Shown piece after piece: positions 29,013 through 38,974 of a DNA stretch of 64,000 nucleotides; positions within the stretch are counted from its first letter, which is position 1, and every line of letters starts with the position of its first letter. The DNA is from an uncultured Gammaproteobacteria bacterium. GTDB lineage: Bacteria > Patescibacteriota > Microgenomatia > UBA10105 > UBA927. The stretch is taken from assembly GCA_964445435.1 (NCBI GenBank), contig CAYUKU010000001.1, forward strand, positions 183,751 to 247,750, in the 5' to 3' direction. The position numbers and the translations under genes are program-made. The notes below the pieces were generated by a model that had not been told where the DNA came from, made no database searches, and was given only the letters and a program-made list of their open reading frames with translations.

Positions 29013-30040
29013 AAATTCGAAACTACAATTCACCAGTGTCAGTTGGTCTTATCGGATTAGGTCTCATCAGTCATATTCATGAAGAGGCGTATCGTCGCAG
29101 ACGAGATGTAGTAATCGAGGCCGTATCTGATAGTGATCACGGATTGTTAGCCAGGCGAGGCAGTCAGATGAGGGTACGCCAGCAATTTCCCGATTATCGG
29201 TATATGCTTGAAAATTCCAATATCGAGATTATCGATGTCATGACACCGCATTACCTTCACGCTCAATGTGTAATAGATGCGCTTAAAACCGGCCATACCG
29301 TTATTTGCGAAAAACCGCTCGCTACGACCGTGGATGATATAGATCGCATGGAAGAAGCCGTAAGGAAATATAAGCGTAAGATTTATATAAAACAATATCT
29401 TCGTCATTCGCTAGCATACCAGAAAGCCCATCAACTTATTGTAAAAGGCAAAATAGGGACTCCTTATTTTGTTCAATGTACGTTTACTACCAATTCCATG
29501 CACGATTACACAAACCCGCATACCTGGAAAGGAAATATTCGTGAGGCGGGTGGTGGAATACTCATTGATGTTGGTGTGCACATGCTCGATCTGCTTATAG
29601 ATATGTTTGGTTTACCTGTCGCGACGTATGCACATACCGGCAGGATTCAAACGACACTTCCACAAAAGGGAGAAGATTTTGCTTCGGCAATCGTCGAGTT
29701 TTCAAACAATCTTATCGCAAACATTAACTGTACCGAAAACGATACGGGATACCGTTTTCGCTGGGAAGTGCGCTTCTATGGTACGCAGGGGGTTATTACG
29801 GTTATTGATCGAGGGAAGGAAGAGAAGCATTTACAATTATTTTCAGAAAATGTTGTTCGATACGAGTTTGTTGAGCGCAATTGGTGGCAAGAAGCAAACA
29901 TTCGGGCCCTTCATGATATTCTTGATAGAATAAAAGATCATAGAGAGCCGCTTGTGTCTATTGTCCACGCGCGAAAAGTACTCCTAACAATTCTTGCCTC
30001 CTACAAGGCTGCAAAATCGGGAAAGAGAGTTGTGATATAG
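29009..30040 (+). CDS. Gfo/Idh/MocA oxidoreductase
   Basis: LIGLGLIS, VICEKPLA, GGGILIDVGVHMLD; ATGA overlap with the upstream DegT stop. Confidence 0.9.
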   Translation: MKIRNYNSPVSVGLIGLGLISHIHEEAYRRRRDVVIEAVSDSDHGLLARRGSQMRVRQQFPDYRYMLENSNIEIIDVMTPHYLHAQCVIDALKTGHTVICEKPLATTVDDIDRMEEAVRKYKRKIYIKQYLRHSLAYQKAHQLIVKGKIGTPYFVQCTFTTNSMHDYTNPHTWKGNIREAGGGILIDVGVHMLDLLIDMFGLPVATYAHTGRIQTTLPQKGEDFASAIVEFSNNLIANINCTENDTGYRFRWEVRFYGTQGVITVIDRGKEEKHLQLFSENVVRYEFVERNWWQEANIRALHDILDRIKDHREPLVSIVHARKVLLTILASYKAAKSGKRVVI

Positions 30041-30053
30041 CCTAGGTGTTTGT

Positions 30054-31472
30054 ATGAAACGGAAGGATGTGGTTATTATCGGCGCAGGCCCCGCGGGTCT
30101 CGGATGTGCAGAAGGTTTAATCCAACGGAAAGGTGTGTCCAAGCGTCCGCGGATTCATATTCTGGAGAAAAACGACAGAGCCGGCGGGCTTGCGCGTACT
30201 TATGAGTTTAGGGGATTATTCTTTGACATCGGTCCGCATAGGTTTTACACCAGGATTCCTCGGGTATTACGTTTATGGAAAAAAGTTCTCGGAAAAAAAT
30301 TCAGAAAAGTTAGACGAAAAACAAGAATCTATTACAACGGACAGCTTTTCTCCTATCCCCTGCGTTTGAAAGACCTAACTGAACAACTAGGTGTATTGGA
30401 GTTGCTTCGATGCGCAGGAAGCTATGTGAGTGCGCAACTTATGTATTTCGGCCGGACCCCAAAAACGTTTGAAGAGTGGATTACGAAACATTTCGGCAGC
30501 AGGTTGTTTGAGATGTTTTTCAAAACATATACTGAGAAAACATGGGGATTAGCCTGCAGTTCGATAAGCGCAAAATGGGCGTCCCAACGCATAAAGAATC
30601 TTAGCATAGCAGAGTTGGTTCGCACTTCAATTCTTGGTAAGAAGCCGAACGCCAAAAGTCTGGTTCACGAATTTTACTATCCTGAAAACGGGAGCGGGAA
30701 TATGTATGAGTCATGGGTACAACAGCTAAAAAGAGAGGGTGTGAAAGTCAGTCTGGATAGCAAAGTGGAGTTTATTTACCATGAACACAAACGCATAGTG
30801 CGTATTGATTGGAAGGAGCATCACGTTCGAAAATCTCAGCACGTGGATTATCTTTTCGTTAGTATGCCTCTTGTGACGTTCGTTCAGGCGCTCAGGCCAG
30901 CACCACCTGATGAAGTAATCACGGCGGCGAATGCATTATATTATAGGGATCACATTACCGTGAACCTGCGGATAACAGGGAAGAATCCTTTTCCCGACCA
31001 ATGGTTGTATATTCATTCACCGGACGTATCCATGGCGCGAGTTACCAATTACGCGAATTTTCTTGGAGGAAAAAAGCGGAATCAGCGATATTGGCCCATT
31101 GCAGTAGAGTATTTTGCGTTTCAGAAAGATGCGATTTGGAGGAAAAGTGACAATCAATTAATTGATCTGGCGAAACGAGAGCTCTCTCATATTGGTCTTG
31201 TTGGAACAGGAGCTTTTCTTGACGGTTTTGTGGTACGAGAAACCGAGTCATACCCTGTTTACTATGTGGATCATGAAGACGCATTTAATACAATAAAAAA
31301 CTACGTGAATTCCTTCCACAACGTTGTGTGTATCGGGAGGGGGGGCATGTATAAGTATAACAACATGGATCACGCCATTGAGAGTGGGATACTGGGTGCT
31401 GATATTTTTTTCCATGCACACGCCCCTCGCCCGTGGAGTTCGCCAGATGATCGCAAATACGTTGAGGATTAA
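30054..31472 (+). CDS. FAD-dependent oxidoreductase, UDP-galactopyranose mutase-like
   Basis: IIGAGPAGL, GGLART, FDIGPHRFY, YTEKTWG, YPVY, GRGGMYKYNNMDHAIESG. Confidence 0.8.
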   Translation: MKRKDVVIIGAGPAGLGCAEGLIQRKGVSKRPRIHILEKNDRAGGLARTYEFRGLFFDIGPHRFYTRIPRVLRLWKKVLGKKFRKVRRKTRIYYNGQLFSYPLRLKDLTEQLGVLELLRCAGSYVSAQLMYFGRTPKTFEEWITKHFGSRLFEMFFKTYTEKTWGLACSSISAKWASQRIKNLSIAELVRTSILGKKPNAKSLVHEFYYPENGSGNMYESWVQQLKREGVKVSLDSKVEFIYHEHKRIVRIDWKEHHVRKSQHVDYLFVSMPLVTFVQALRPAPPDEVITAANALYYRDHITVNLRITGKNPFPDQWLYIHSPDVSMARVTNYANFLGGKKRNQRYWPIAVEYFAFQKDAIWRKSDNQLIDLAKRELSHIGLVGTGAFLDGFVVRETESYPVYYVDHEDAFNTIKNYVNSFHNVVCIGRGGMYKYNNMDHAIESGILGADIFFHAHAPRPWSSPDDRKYVED

Positions 31473-32818
31473 CGAGTACTGCTGTTTCGAGAAGACGTTA
31501 TACCGCAGATGATAATATGGATGCAAAGAATGCAGTAGGTTAATGCATGGTACATCACGGGAGTCATCATGCGCTTGAATACAGGGTCAGCCTCATACAC
31601 ATAGAATGCAGTAACAAGTATCTGCGTTGCAGCAATGCTCCCTATGAGAAGTATGCTCATTTGGTTCCACGTGTTGAGCCGAACTGCATACCTTCCTTGA
31701 AAGAGAAGCAACGGAAATAAGCCTAGTGTTATATATTTGATGCTATCAAAGATTCTTTCCAGAATTCGCAGAATTCGTATTGCAGCGTCATGTCCTCCTT
31801 CAGGAATATCTATAGGTGCATGAGAAAATGAGATCTTAGGTATGGCGGCAAGTGACATGAGTGTATAGGGAAATACCTGGTCGGTGAGTATTTTTTTTAC
31901 ATATCGTTGAAGTTCATTCCGTTTTTCAATATCTGAAAAAATATTTCTATCATAAAATTCGATAAATCTGAATACGTAGTCATCACGACTAGCGGTATGA
32001 TATTCGATTAGTTTTCCATGTATTCGAGATTCTTGTGCTCCAGCGTCTAATGAAAGATTAGATTGCATAATGATGCCCAGAAGATTAATATCGCTATAGA
32101 CTGTAATGCCGCGATAACTATGTAATGAGGCATTAAGATACATATAGATCACGGGAATAACGAGAAAAGAGCAAGACAACAGTACTGTCGATTTCCATAT
32201 TTTGATTGAACGATGCATCGCACCCAATAAAATAAACGCCGCAAAAGGGATAAGCAGGAACGCCGGCCGAAGCAGGAAGCCGATAGCAGAAAATCCCCAC
32301 ATCAAAAAAAACGCCTTTCTCGTAGGCTTACGAAACGCATATATGTATGCACAAGTTTGTAAAACGATCCAGCTTGCCGCAACGCCCTCGGTCATAAGAC
32401 GGCGTTCCCATATAGCCACAGGTACATTGCCCGCGCTTAGAGCGCCAATAGCAAACGCGAGCGAAACCGGTATATGGAGTGCCAATAGCGTGTAATACCA
32501 TGCAATTATCGCAGCTAAGCCGAATACTGCCTGAAACAACAGGAGGAGATTCGCGTTTTGGTGAATATCATCAGAATCATGGTTTTTTATTCTGGACTCG
32601 ATGCTAATAAGTGAAGCTGCCAGGACTGGATATACAGGTGTACGGATAGGGTTAATTACATGAGCTAGGGTTGGTTGGGTTATTATGCGTTTTCCAATTT
32701 CGTAATATTCTTGACTGTCCGGCTCAATAGCGATACCGGGTGAGGCAGAGGCAAGAAGTGCTCGTACACCCACCGCTATGATAACGATAACAAGGCCGAG
32801 CGTGTGTTTCGATGTCAT
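31469..32818 (-). CDS. GT-C-like polytopic membrane protein
   Basis: PDSQEY, RTPVYP, MTE, LLRP, many TM helices; ATG 32818 overlaps the upstream stop (ATGA). Confidence 0.65.
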   Translation of the reverse strand: MTSKHTLGLVIVIIAVGVRALLASASPGIAIEPDSQEYYEIGKRIITQPTLAHVINPIRTPVYPVLAASLISIESRIKNHDSDDIHQNANLLLLFQAVFGLAAIIAWYYTLLALHIPVSLAFAIGALSAGNVPVAIWERRLMTEGVAASWIVLQTCAYIYAFRKPTRKAFFLMWGFSAIGFLLRPAFLLIPFAAFILLGAMHRSIKIWKSTVLLSCSFLVIPVIYMYLNASLHSYRGITVYSDINLLGIIMQSNLSLDAGAQESRIHGKLIEYHTASRDDYVFRFIEFYDRNIFSDIEKRNELQRYVKKILTDQVFPYTLMSLAAIPKISFSHAPIDIPEGGHDAAIRILRILERIFDSIKYITLGLFPLLLFQGRYAVRLNTWNQMSILLIGSIAATQILVTAFYVYEADPVFKRMMTPVMYHALTYCILCIHIIICGITSSRNSSTR

Positions 32819-33894
32819 AAGCGAAGCACCCGCAGTAAATGCATGGGAGATGTTGCGTATACGCGCAGCCACAGTAGAATAAATAATGTGATAAACCAGA
32901 GTCCATCTCTATAACCAATAAAAAATGCGAGAGAGACCGGAAGATAAAATAAAATCAAACTACCGGCTATTGGCCGGTAATGTGACAGCGCAAATGTATC
33001 TTGTGTTCGCATGCGAAGATGATGGTAGCCCCATGCGCAAGTCCCCATAATGATAACGAATCCGACGGTAGGTATTTCAGCCACCAAACGTAGCCCAACG
33101 ACTAATAGTCCTGCAAGTTCGACTGGAATAATGTATCGATAAAGTAATAGCTGAGCGGGTTTAATGCCCAGTGACGTTACATAGGTTTTTACGCTGGCTC
33201 GAAGATCGTTTTTATAGTCGTCTATCTGATGAAACATCATTGTCCGGATGCTAAATATTTCCGCCCAAAGCAAAAAAATAAGAAGATCCAAGATGCGTGA
33301 AACGGGTAGCAAAGCGCTAATAGCAACCACCATTGCAACGGGCCTTAGCACGAGGGAACCCACTACAATCCCCCACACGCCTTTCTCTTTGAATCGCAAC
33401 GGCGGTGCAGAATAAAAGAACGCCAGTATATAACCTATAAAGGTGAGTATCATTGGGATTGGTTTTAGTTTTTCTGTACTTACAAAAACGGCGATAATAC
33501 CTATAACGAATGTTAAAAGGAGGACGCCCCTTCTGCCGGATTGTGAAATAAGCCCCCGATGTTTATTTGATCGGCGATCCTGCGTAAAATCAAAGTAGTC
33601 GTTTGCGACAAATAGGAAGGCAAAATAGCACCATACGGATGCAAGTACGAAAAAAAAAGTATGGTACGCGACCATGCCCGTTCCCAATACGTGATCCGTA
33701 TACTGGAGATACAGGATTGGGAGAAACACAAACGGCATGCGAACATGTGCCCAATCATGCCATCGTATGTACGCACCAAAACGTTCGACACGTTCTGACA
33801 GTATCCATGCGAGCATTTTAGGGAGTGGTGTTGCGATATGTGGAGCTGATGGATATTTTTTTCGTTGAGTGGGGACAAGGTGATGCGTGGGCAT
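32815..33894 (-). CDS. UbiA-family prenyltransferase
   Basis: NDYFDFTQD, YSAPPLRFKE.G, second acidic motif QIDDYKND...VKT; multiple TM helices. Confidence 0.75.
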   Translation of the reverse strand: MPTHHLVPTQRKKYPSAPHIATPLPKMLAWILSERVERFGAYIRWHDWAHVRMPFVFLPILYLQYTDHVLGTGMVAYHTFFFVLASVWCYFAFLFVANDYFDFTQDRRSNKHRGLISQSGRRGVLLLTFVIGIIAVFVSTEKLKPIPMILTFIGYILAFFYSAPPLRFKEKGVWGIVVGSLVLRPVAMVVAISALLPVSRILDLLIFLLWAEIFSIRTMMFHQIDDYKNDLRASVKTYVTSLGIKPAQLLLYRYIIPVELAGLLVVGLRLVAEIPTVGFVIIMGTCAWGYHHLRMRTQDTFALSHYRPIAGSLILFYLPVSLAFFIGYRDGLWFITLFILLWLRVYATSPMHLLRVLRL

Positions 33895-33916
33895 GGATGC
33901 TTCTTAGCCTATTCAG

Positions 33917-35056
33917 TTAGGCAGATAAGTGATTTTCCTTCTGCGGGAAGAGGTGTTTAGTGAAGATAGTTTTTGCTGGCATGTGTTTTTTGGCGAGGAA
34001 GAATGTGCAGTATTTCTTGCACGCCGGATAGAAATCCCCTCGCCGCAGCCGTTTCCGGAATGCATGATATTGGGGAGAATGCCAAAATGACTCGACAGCA
34101 CCTTTCTTGACGTTCATTTTTAGATCGAAATCCTCTGATAGTTCAAATCCGAAACCACACGGAAGCACTCTCCCGTTGCTCATGATGTCCATGATGTGTT
34201 GGACGCGATCGCAAAAGTGCGTTTTCCAATATGACGGATCAGGGTTGTCTCTGTTGTAATTCGGGTGATACTGATATATCGGGAGCACATATTGAATATT
34301 GGTTCGCGTGTGAGACTGCTTCATCATGCTCACAACCGAGCGAAGATCATTCATGGCCTGTTTCTGTTCGATGGCATCCAGCGCATATGGGCTAGGCTTG
34401 CGTAGCGATTGATCGTACGGGATAAGTGGATTGTAATAGATATCCGACGCGTTAAATTTCTCCGCAAGCTTAGCGAACGGGATGATTTCGCGATAGTTAG
34501 CTTTCTGAATGACGAAGGAAAATCGAAGTTTGGGGATAACGGTAGCATTTTGCATTTTTTGGATGTTGACGATATTTCCCAATACAAGATCGTAATGATC
34601 TACTCCGTTTACAATCTTATATACGTTTTTCGTCGCGGCGTTTATGGAAATATGCATGCTGTCCCACTTGATTTTTACGAGGAATTTGGCAAACTCTTGT
34701 GTCAATGTGCTGCCATTTGTAATGATATGCCCGTAGAGCCCCTTTTTCTTTATGGTTTCCATGAGGGTCTGAATGCCTCGAAACAGCGTTGGCTCGCCTC
34801 CTCCACAAAGTGATATTTTTTTTACAGAGGAAGGCAAAGTTTTTATCAGCCTGATATAGTCATCAATCTGAAGGTCTGTGGTAAAAGTTGCCTTCGTGAG
34901 ATGTTGTTTGATGGCAGGAGAAAGATTTTCCCTCCAGCACATAGGACAGGCGTGATTACAAATATACCCCATGGGAAATAATCTTACCTCGTCGAGTATT
35001 TCCGGTTCCCTGATTTCGTCAATAATATTGTAAACGGTAGATTTAATGCCAAACAT
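33917..35056 (-). CDS. Radical SAM protein with SPASM/twitch domain
   Basis: CNHACPMC, GGGEPTL, ITNG, C-terminal C...I..NG.V.PC...CKKYC. Confidence 0.9.
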   Translation of the reverse strand: MFGIKSTVYNIIDEIREPEILDEVRLFPMGYICNHACPMCWRENLSPAIKQHLTKATFTTDLQIDDYIRLIKTLPSSVKKISLCGGGEPTLFRGIQTLMETIKKKGLYGHIITNGSTLTQEFAKFLVKIKWDSMHISINAATKNVYKIVNGVDHYDLVLGNIVNIQKMQNATVIPKLRFSFVIQKANYREIIPFAKLAEKFNASDIYYNPLIPYDQSLRKPSPYALDAIEQKQAMNDLRSVVSMMKQSHTRTNIQYVLPIYQYHPNYNRDNPDPSYWKTHFCDRVQHIMDIMSNGRVLPCGFGFELSEDFDLKMNVKKGAVESFWHSPQYHAFRKRLRRGDFYPACKKYCTFFLAKKHMPAKTIFTKHLFPQKENHLSA

Positions 35057-35111
35057 ATTGATAGCGCGACGAGATTAAGCTTATCACAGCATATTCTTCA
35101 AGACAATGCGT

Positions 35112-36206
35112 TCAGGGACGATTGTTCCACCGAGAGAGGAACTGGCGATAGAGATTTGTTGCCGAGGATTCGAATACATTTTGATTAGCAGTTCGAAGTG
35201 CGTTTTGTGATAGCCGTTTGTAGGCGGATTTGTGCCTTTTCAAGTATAGTATTTTGCGCGCAGCATCATTTGAACCCTCCACAAGATATCCGTTTTCCCC
35301 GTGTCGGATTAAATGGCCGCTTACGGCGCGCGACCCTATGACGGGTTTTCCCATACCCAGATATTCAAGAAATTTCACAGGAGAGAAGTACATCGGAAGC
35401 GAAAGAAACCGCTTATACATGGCAAGACACACATTCGCATTGCGAACGAGAGCAAGAAATTGTGAATGCGGAACCGCCGACAGATACAAGGTATTTGGTG
35501 ACTGAGACGGCGAGTAATAATGATCGGAACCGACAAAAACAAATAGGATAGTCTTGTCCTCTTTCCATACGAGTTCTGCAGCGCGCGCCATGTCATCGAG
35601 CGCATGCCATGGTAGTCTGGGATCACCGCCCCACAACACGACGAATGCATCTCGTCTGATGAAATTTGCAGACAAGGCTGTAGCATGTTTCTGAGAATTG
35701 AAGGCAATTTCATCTAGAAACAAGAAGTTCGGAATTACTATTGATGCCCGAACGACAAGTGTGCGTTTAATATGTGAAAGCAGTTCCTTAGACACACAAA
35801 TGCATCCATCCACCAGTAGAGAAAGAACCGAACGCTTTAGTGTATTCTTCCAGACGTCAATACGGACAGATAGTTCTCTGGAAAAACTCAGGAGTTCCTG
35901 TGGAATTCCGTGAATTTCCCAGATAACGGGAATACCAGGAACCAAAAGTTTGACGAGGGTATACTTGTCCAATATGCCAGAACCGTCGATGCGGATAATG
36001 ACTTGACGTATTACGTGTCTCTGAGTCCAGACGGTTGCACAAACTTTCATAAGTTCCCTATTGTCGCATTGGATGTGTTTGACCGTGTAGCCGATTGTCT
36101 CAAGCAGACGCTTGCGCCGTTTTGTGTTTATGGAAACGGCATTCTGTCTGTCATCACGCGGGGTAATGTAGACTATGACATCACCATCATGAAATATATT
36201 TCGCAT
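35112..36206 (-). CDS. GT4-like glycosyltransferase
   Basis: WEIHG, IPN, YFSPVKFLEYLGMGKPVI, IRHGENGYLV. Confidence 0.8.
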   Translation of the reverse strand: MRNIFHDGDVIVYITPRDDRQNAVSINTKRRKRLLETIGYTVKHIQCDNRELMKVCATVWTQRHVIRQVIIRIDGSGILDKYTLVKLLVPGIPVIWEIHGIPQELLSFSRELSVRIDVWKNTLKRSVLSLLVDGCICVSKELLSHIKRTLVVRASIVIPNFLFLDEIAFNSQKHATALSANFIRRDAFVVLWGGDPRLPWHALDDMARAAELVWKEDKTILFVFVGSDHYYSPSQSPNTLYLSAVPHSQFLALVRNANVCLAMYKRFLSLPMYFSPVKFLEYLGMGKPVIGSRAVSGHLIRHGENGYLVEGSNDAARKILYLKRHKSAYKRLSQNALRTANQNVFESSATNLYRQFLSRWNNRP

Positions 36207-36921
36207 AGAGCCTTAAGGCTTCCAGTCCGCCATCATAGACGATAGACCCATCATTCATAATGAGGATACGGTTGCATTGCTGTGAAAGAATTTCATGACT
36301 ATGCGTTGAGACAATAATAGTTTTTGTAGGTCCGAATTGGGTCAGGAGAGTTTGTCTAATCTTGTTCCGAAAATATTTATCTCCCACCAGAAATCCTTCA
36401 TCCAAGATCAGAATCTGCGGGTTTGCGTGAATGGCAACCGAAAAGCCAAGTCTCAATTTCATGCCAGTTGAATACGTAAACAGTGGAGCATCTATGAATT
36501 GGCGAACCTCGGCGTAGTGGATAATTTTTTGGATATCCTGCTTGAGTTGGTTTTTGGGAATCCCCAGGATCATCCCATTGAGGTATATGTTCTGTTCTCC
36601 GGTTAGATCTGAATGAAATCCTGCCTCAAGGTCTATAAGCGTAACGACCTTCCCGTGGGTTATCAATTGTCCTTCCGACTGGGCGCTAATCCCGGATATA
36701 ATTTTCATGAGCGTTGTCTTGCCTGACCCATTTGGCCCAATGATTCCGACCCTGTCGCCCTGCCATATTGTGAGATTAATATTTTTAAGGGCCCAGAATG
36801 TTTCGTTTCTACCCTTAACAAACTTTTCAACGAGGGTAGGCTTCTCGTGGTAGAGTTCATATCGTTTGTTTATGCCGATAAGCTGAATAGAAACCTGTCG
36901 TTTGGTTCGTGTACCTTTCAT
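36187..36921 (-). CDS. wzt: Polysaccharide ABC exporter ATPase Wzt (no C-terminal binding domain)
   Basis: FWALKNINL, GPNGSGKTT, YSTGMKLRLGF, LILDE. Confidence 0.9.
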   Translation of the reverse strand: MKGTRTKRQVSIQLIGINKRYELYHEKPTLVEKFVKGRNETFWALKNINLTIWQGDRVGIIGPNGSGKTTLMKIISGISAQSEGQLITHGKVVTLIDLEAGFHSDLTGEQNIYLNGMILGIPKNQLKQDIQKIIHYAEVRQFIDAPLFTYSTGMKLRLGFSVAIHANPQILILDEGFLVGDKYFRNKIRQTLLTQFGPTKTIIVSTHSHEILSQQCNRILIMNDGSIVYDGGLEALRLYAKYIS

Positions 36922-36927
36922 AGGAAT

Positions 36928-37695
36928 TTACACCCAATCGTCGAAATTCTTACTTTCTCGTATGAACACGTAAATTCCAGAAATACAGGTGAGGAAAATA
37001 AGCACCATGTTTGCAAAAAATATTGCCGAACTTGGTGGGGTTGCCCCAAGTGTCCCCCACTGAAGTATCTGGGTTATGGAAACAAGCGGATTGGCCATCC
37101 ACAGCCAGGTAATTTCATCAGGGATTTGAGAAAGTGAATATACTATGGGTGTAGCGTAGAACCATACGATAAGCACTGCTTGTACGAAGAAATTCACATC
37201 CCGGTAGCGGACATTTAAAGCGCTGGTAAGAAGACTTAAGCCGACGGTAAAAATGAGGAGCATGATGAGTCCGAACGGCATAAGGGACGCCGTCATGACC
37301 GTGGTGGTACCAAGAAGAGTCACCGGAATGAGGAATAAGCAAAGCGCAATAGCAAAATGTATGGCGTTCGAGAGGACAATGGAGAGCGGAATGACCGCAG
37401 TGGGAAACGCAGCCTTCTTTATGAGGCTGCGTTCAAAGACAATGGAGGGAGTTGCTTTCGTCAAGGATGTCGAAAAGAAGTTCCACGAGAGAAGGCCAAC
37501 AAATAGATGATAAAAATAATGCTCAATCGGTTCTTTCATGAAGAACGTAAAGATAGATCCGATAACGAGCATTTGCAGGACTGGGTTGATAACCAGCCAC
37601 AGGAATCCAAATATGGTATATTTGTAGCGAGCACGCAGTTCTTTTTCTGTCATGCCCCATAACAGTTCTATGAAGTGGTGTACATCGGACCGCAT
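36928..37695 (-). CDS. wzm: Polysaccharide ABC exporter permease Wzm
   Basis: KELRARYK.TIFGFLW..INP, RD....Q....WFYATPIVY, NPL; start ATG 37695 lies 6 nt after TATAAT. Confidence 0.9.
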   Translation of the reverse strand: MRSDVHHFIELLWGMTEKELRARYKYTIFGFLWLVINPVLQMLVIGSIFTFFMKEPIEHYFYHLFVGLLSWNFFSTSLTKATPSIVFERSLIKKAAFPTAVIPLSIVLSNAIHFAIALCLFLIPVTLLGTTTVMTASLMPFGLIMLLIFTVGLSLLTSALNVRYRDVNFFVQAVLIVWFYATPIVYSLSQIPDEITWLWMANPLVSITQILQWGTLGATPPSSAIFFANMVLIFLTCISGIYVFIRESKNFDDWV

Positions 37696-37745
37696 GGAGG
37701 TATTATACCCTACTCTATAGAGAAGGAGTCGCAACTATCTTCACT

Positions 37746-38345
37746 ATGTCTACTTTTGTATACACGTCTTTTATCTGTTTTCTGTTTCTACTTTCGCTGC
37801 CGCTCCAGATCGTCATCGCGTTTCTGCTGGTTGCGACGTCCGGACGACCCGTTCTGTTTATGCAGAGGCGGATCGGAAAAGATGCTAAGCCATTTACGCT
37901 CTATAAGTTCCGGACGATGAAACGGGGCGCGCACAGAGAGCAGCCACAACTGATGCGGCGCAATGAGGCCGACGGCCCTGTGTTTAAAATTCATAACGAT
38001 CCCCGCTTCACGCGGGTAGGTCGCTTTCTGGCGCACACAGGACTCGATGAATTGCCGCAGTTGTACAATGTGCTTCTTGGTGATATGGCCCTGTTTGGCC
38101 CCCGTCCTCTTCCGGTTGCGGAAGCCGCCAGGTTGAAAGGTTGGCAACGGAAACGACACGCTATCAAACCCGGCATTATCTCTCCGTGGATCGTCAACGG
38201 CTACCATGCACAGTCATTTGACGCGTGGATGAAAAGCGATATCGCGTACATTCAGAAAAAGTCGCCATGGCATGATCTTGTGCTGGCTGTCCGGACGATG
38301 AAGCTTCTAGCCCGGCTTCTTCTCAGGGAAGTTGCAAAAACATAG
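37746..38345 (+). CDS. Bacterial sugar transferase (PglC/WbaP-type phosphoglycosyl transferase)
   Basis: F.Q.RIG....FTLYKFRTM, DPRFTRVGRFL..TGLDELPQLYNVL.GDM..GPRP, KPGI. Confidence 0.92.
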   Translation: MSTFVYTSFICFLFLLSLPLQIVIAFLLVATSGRPVLFMQRRIGKDAKPFTLYKFRTMKRGAHREQPQLMRRNEADGPVFKIHNDPRFTRVGRFLAHTGLDELPQLYNVLLGDMALFGPRPLPVAEAARLKGWQRKRHAIKPGIISPWIVNGYHAQSFDAWMKSDIAYIQKKSPWHDLVLAVRTMKLLARLLLREVAKT

Positions 38346-38384
38346 ACTGATAGCGTCTTTCCCGGTACAATACGAATCCTTCCT

Positions 38385-38882
38385 ATGGCAGTTCATCCTG
38401 AACGATCACTGCGAAAGCTTACCGTACCCATGCGGCGGGCAATCCGTACCCATATCCCCCGCGAAACACGGCAAACTCTTGCGAAAGTCGCCCGTATTGC
38501 CCGCACGGGTGTCATATTTGCTTCGGTCGTAACAGCTGCAGGAGCGGCAGCGTATGACTACATTGCACATGCCCGTGGGCAGGACGGATTAACCCAGGGG
38601 TATGCCTGGGGAGCAGTGGCGCGGGATAACTGTATCGAGGCTGCTTGGATCGCGTCGCATCGAGTGGACCCGGATGAATCGGTACGTCTTCATGTGCGTT
38701 CGTATGTTGAAGACGCCTTTCAAGAAGGAGTTGTGGCTGATCTTTCCGGCTTGCCCCTCCAAGCCGGTCACGCGGAGTTTTGCTTTGAAGAAGGCGAGCT
38801 TCCCCGCGCCCGGGTGATTTTCCAGGCGGAAAACGGTGGCGTCAAAGGTCAGGAGCAGCGCTACGAGGTAGAAAATCCGTGA
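38385..38882 (+). CDS. Hypothetical single-TM protein
   Basis: Basic N-terminus, one hydrophobic helix, acidic C-domain; TACAAT upstream; fills the gap between neighbours. Confidence 0.55.
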   Translation: MAVHPERSLRKLTVPMRRAIRTHIPRETRQTLAKVARIARTGVIFASVVTAAGAAAYDYIAHARGQDGLTQGYAWGAVARDNCIEAAWIASHRVDPDESVRLHVRSYVEDAFQEGVVADLSGLPLQAGHAEFCFEEGELPRARVIFQAENGGVKGQEQRYEVENP

Positions 38883-38937
38883 TACATGCCTGTTGACAAG
38901 AGAGAACGAAGAGTGGTACCAATGATATGGTCTGATA

Positions 38938-38966
38938 TTGACAAGCTGTATAGTAGTTGATACTAT
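38938..38966 (+). promoter_or_regulatory. Near-consensus sigma70 promoter
   Basis: TTGACA (38938-38943), 17 bp, TACTAT (38961-38966), 8 nt before ATG 38975; a second TTGACAAG lies 45 bp upstream (38893). Confidence 0.75.
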
Positions 38967-38974
38967 AGGTTTGT

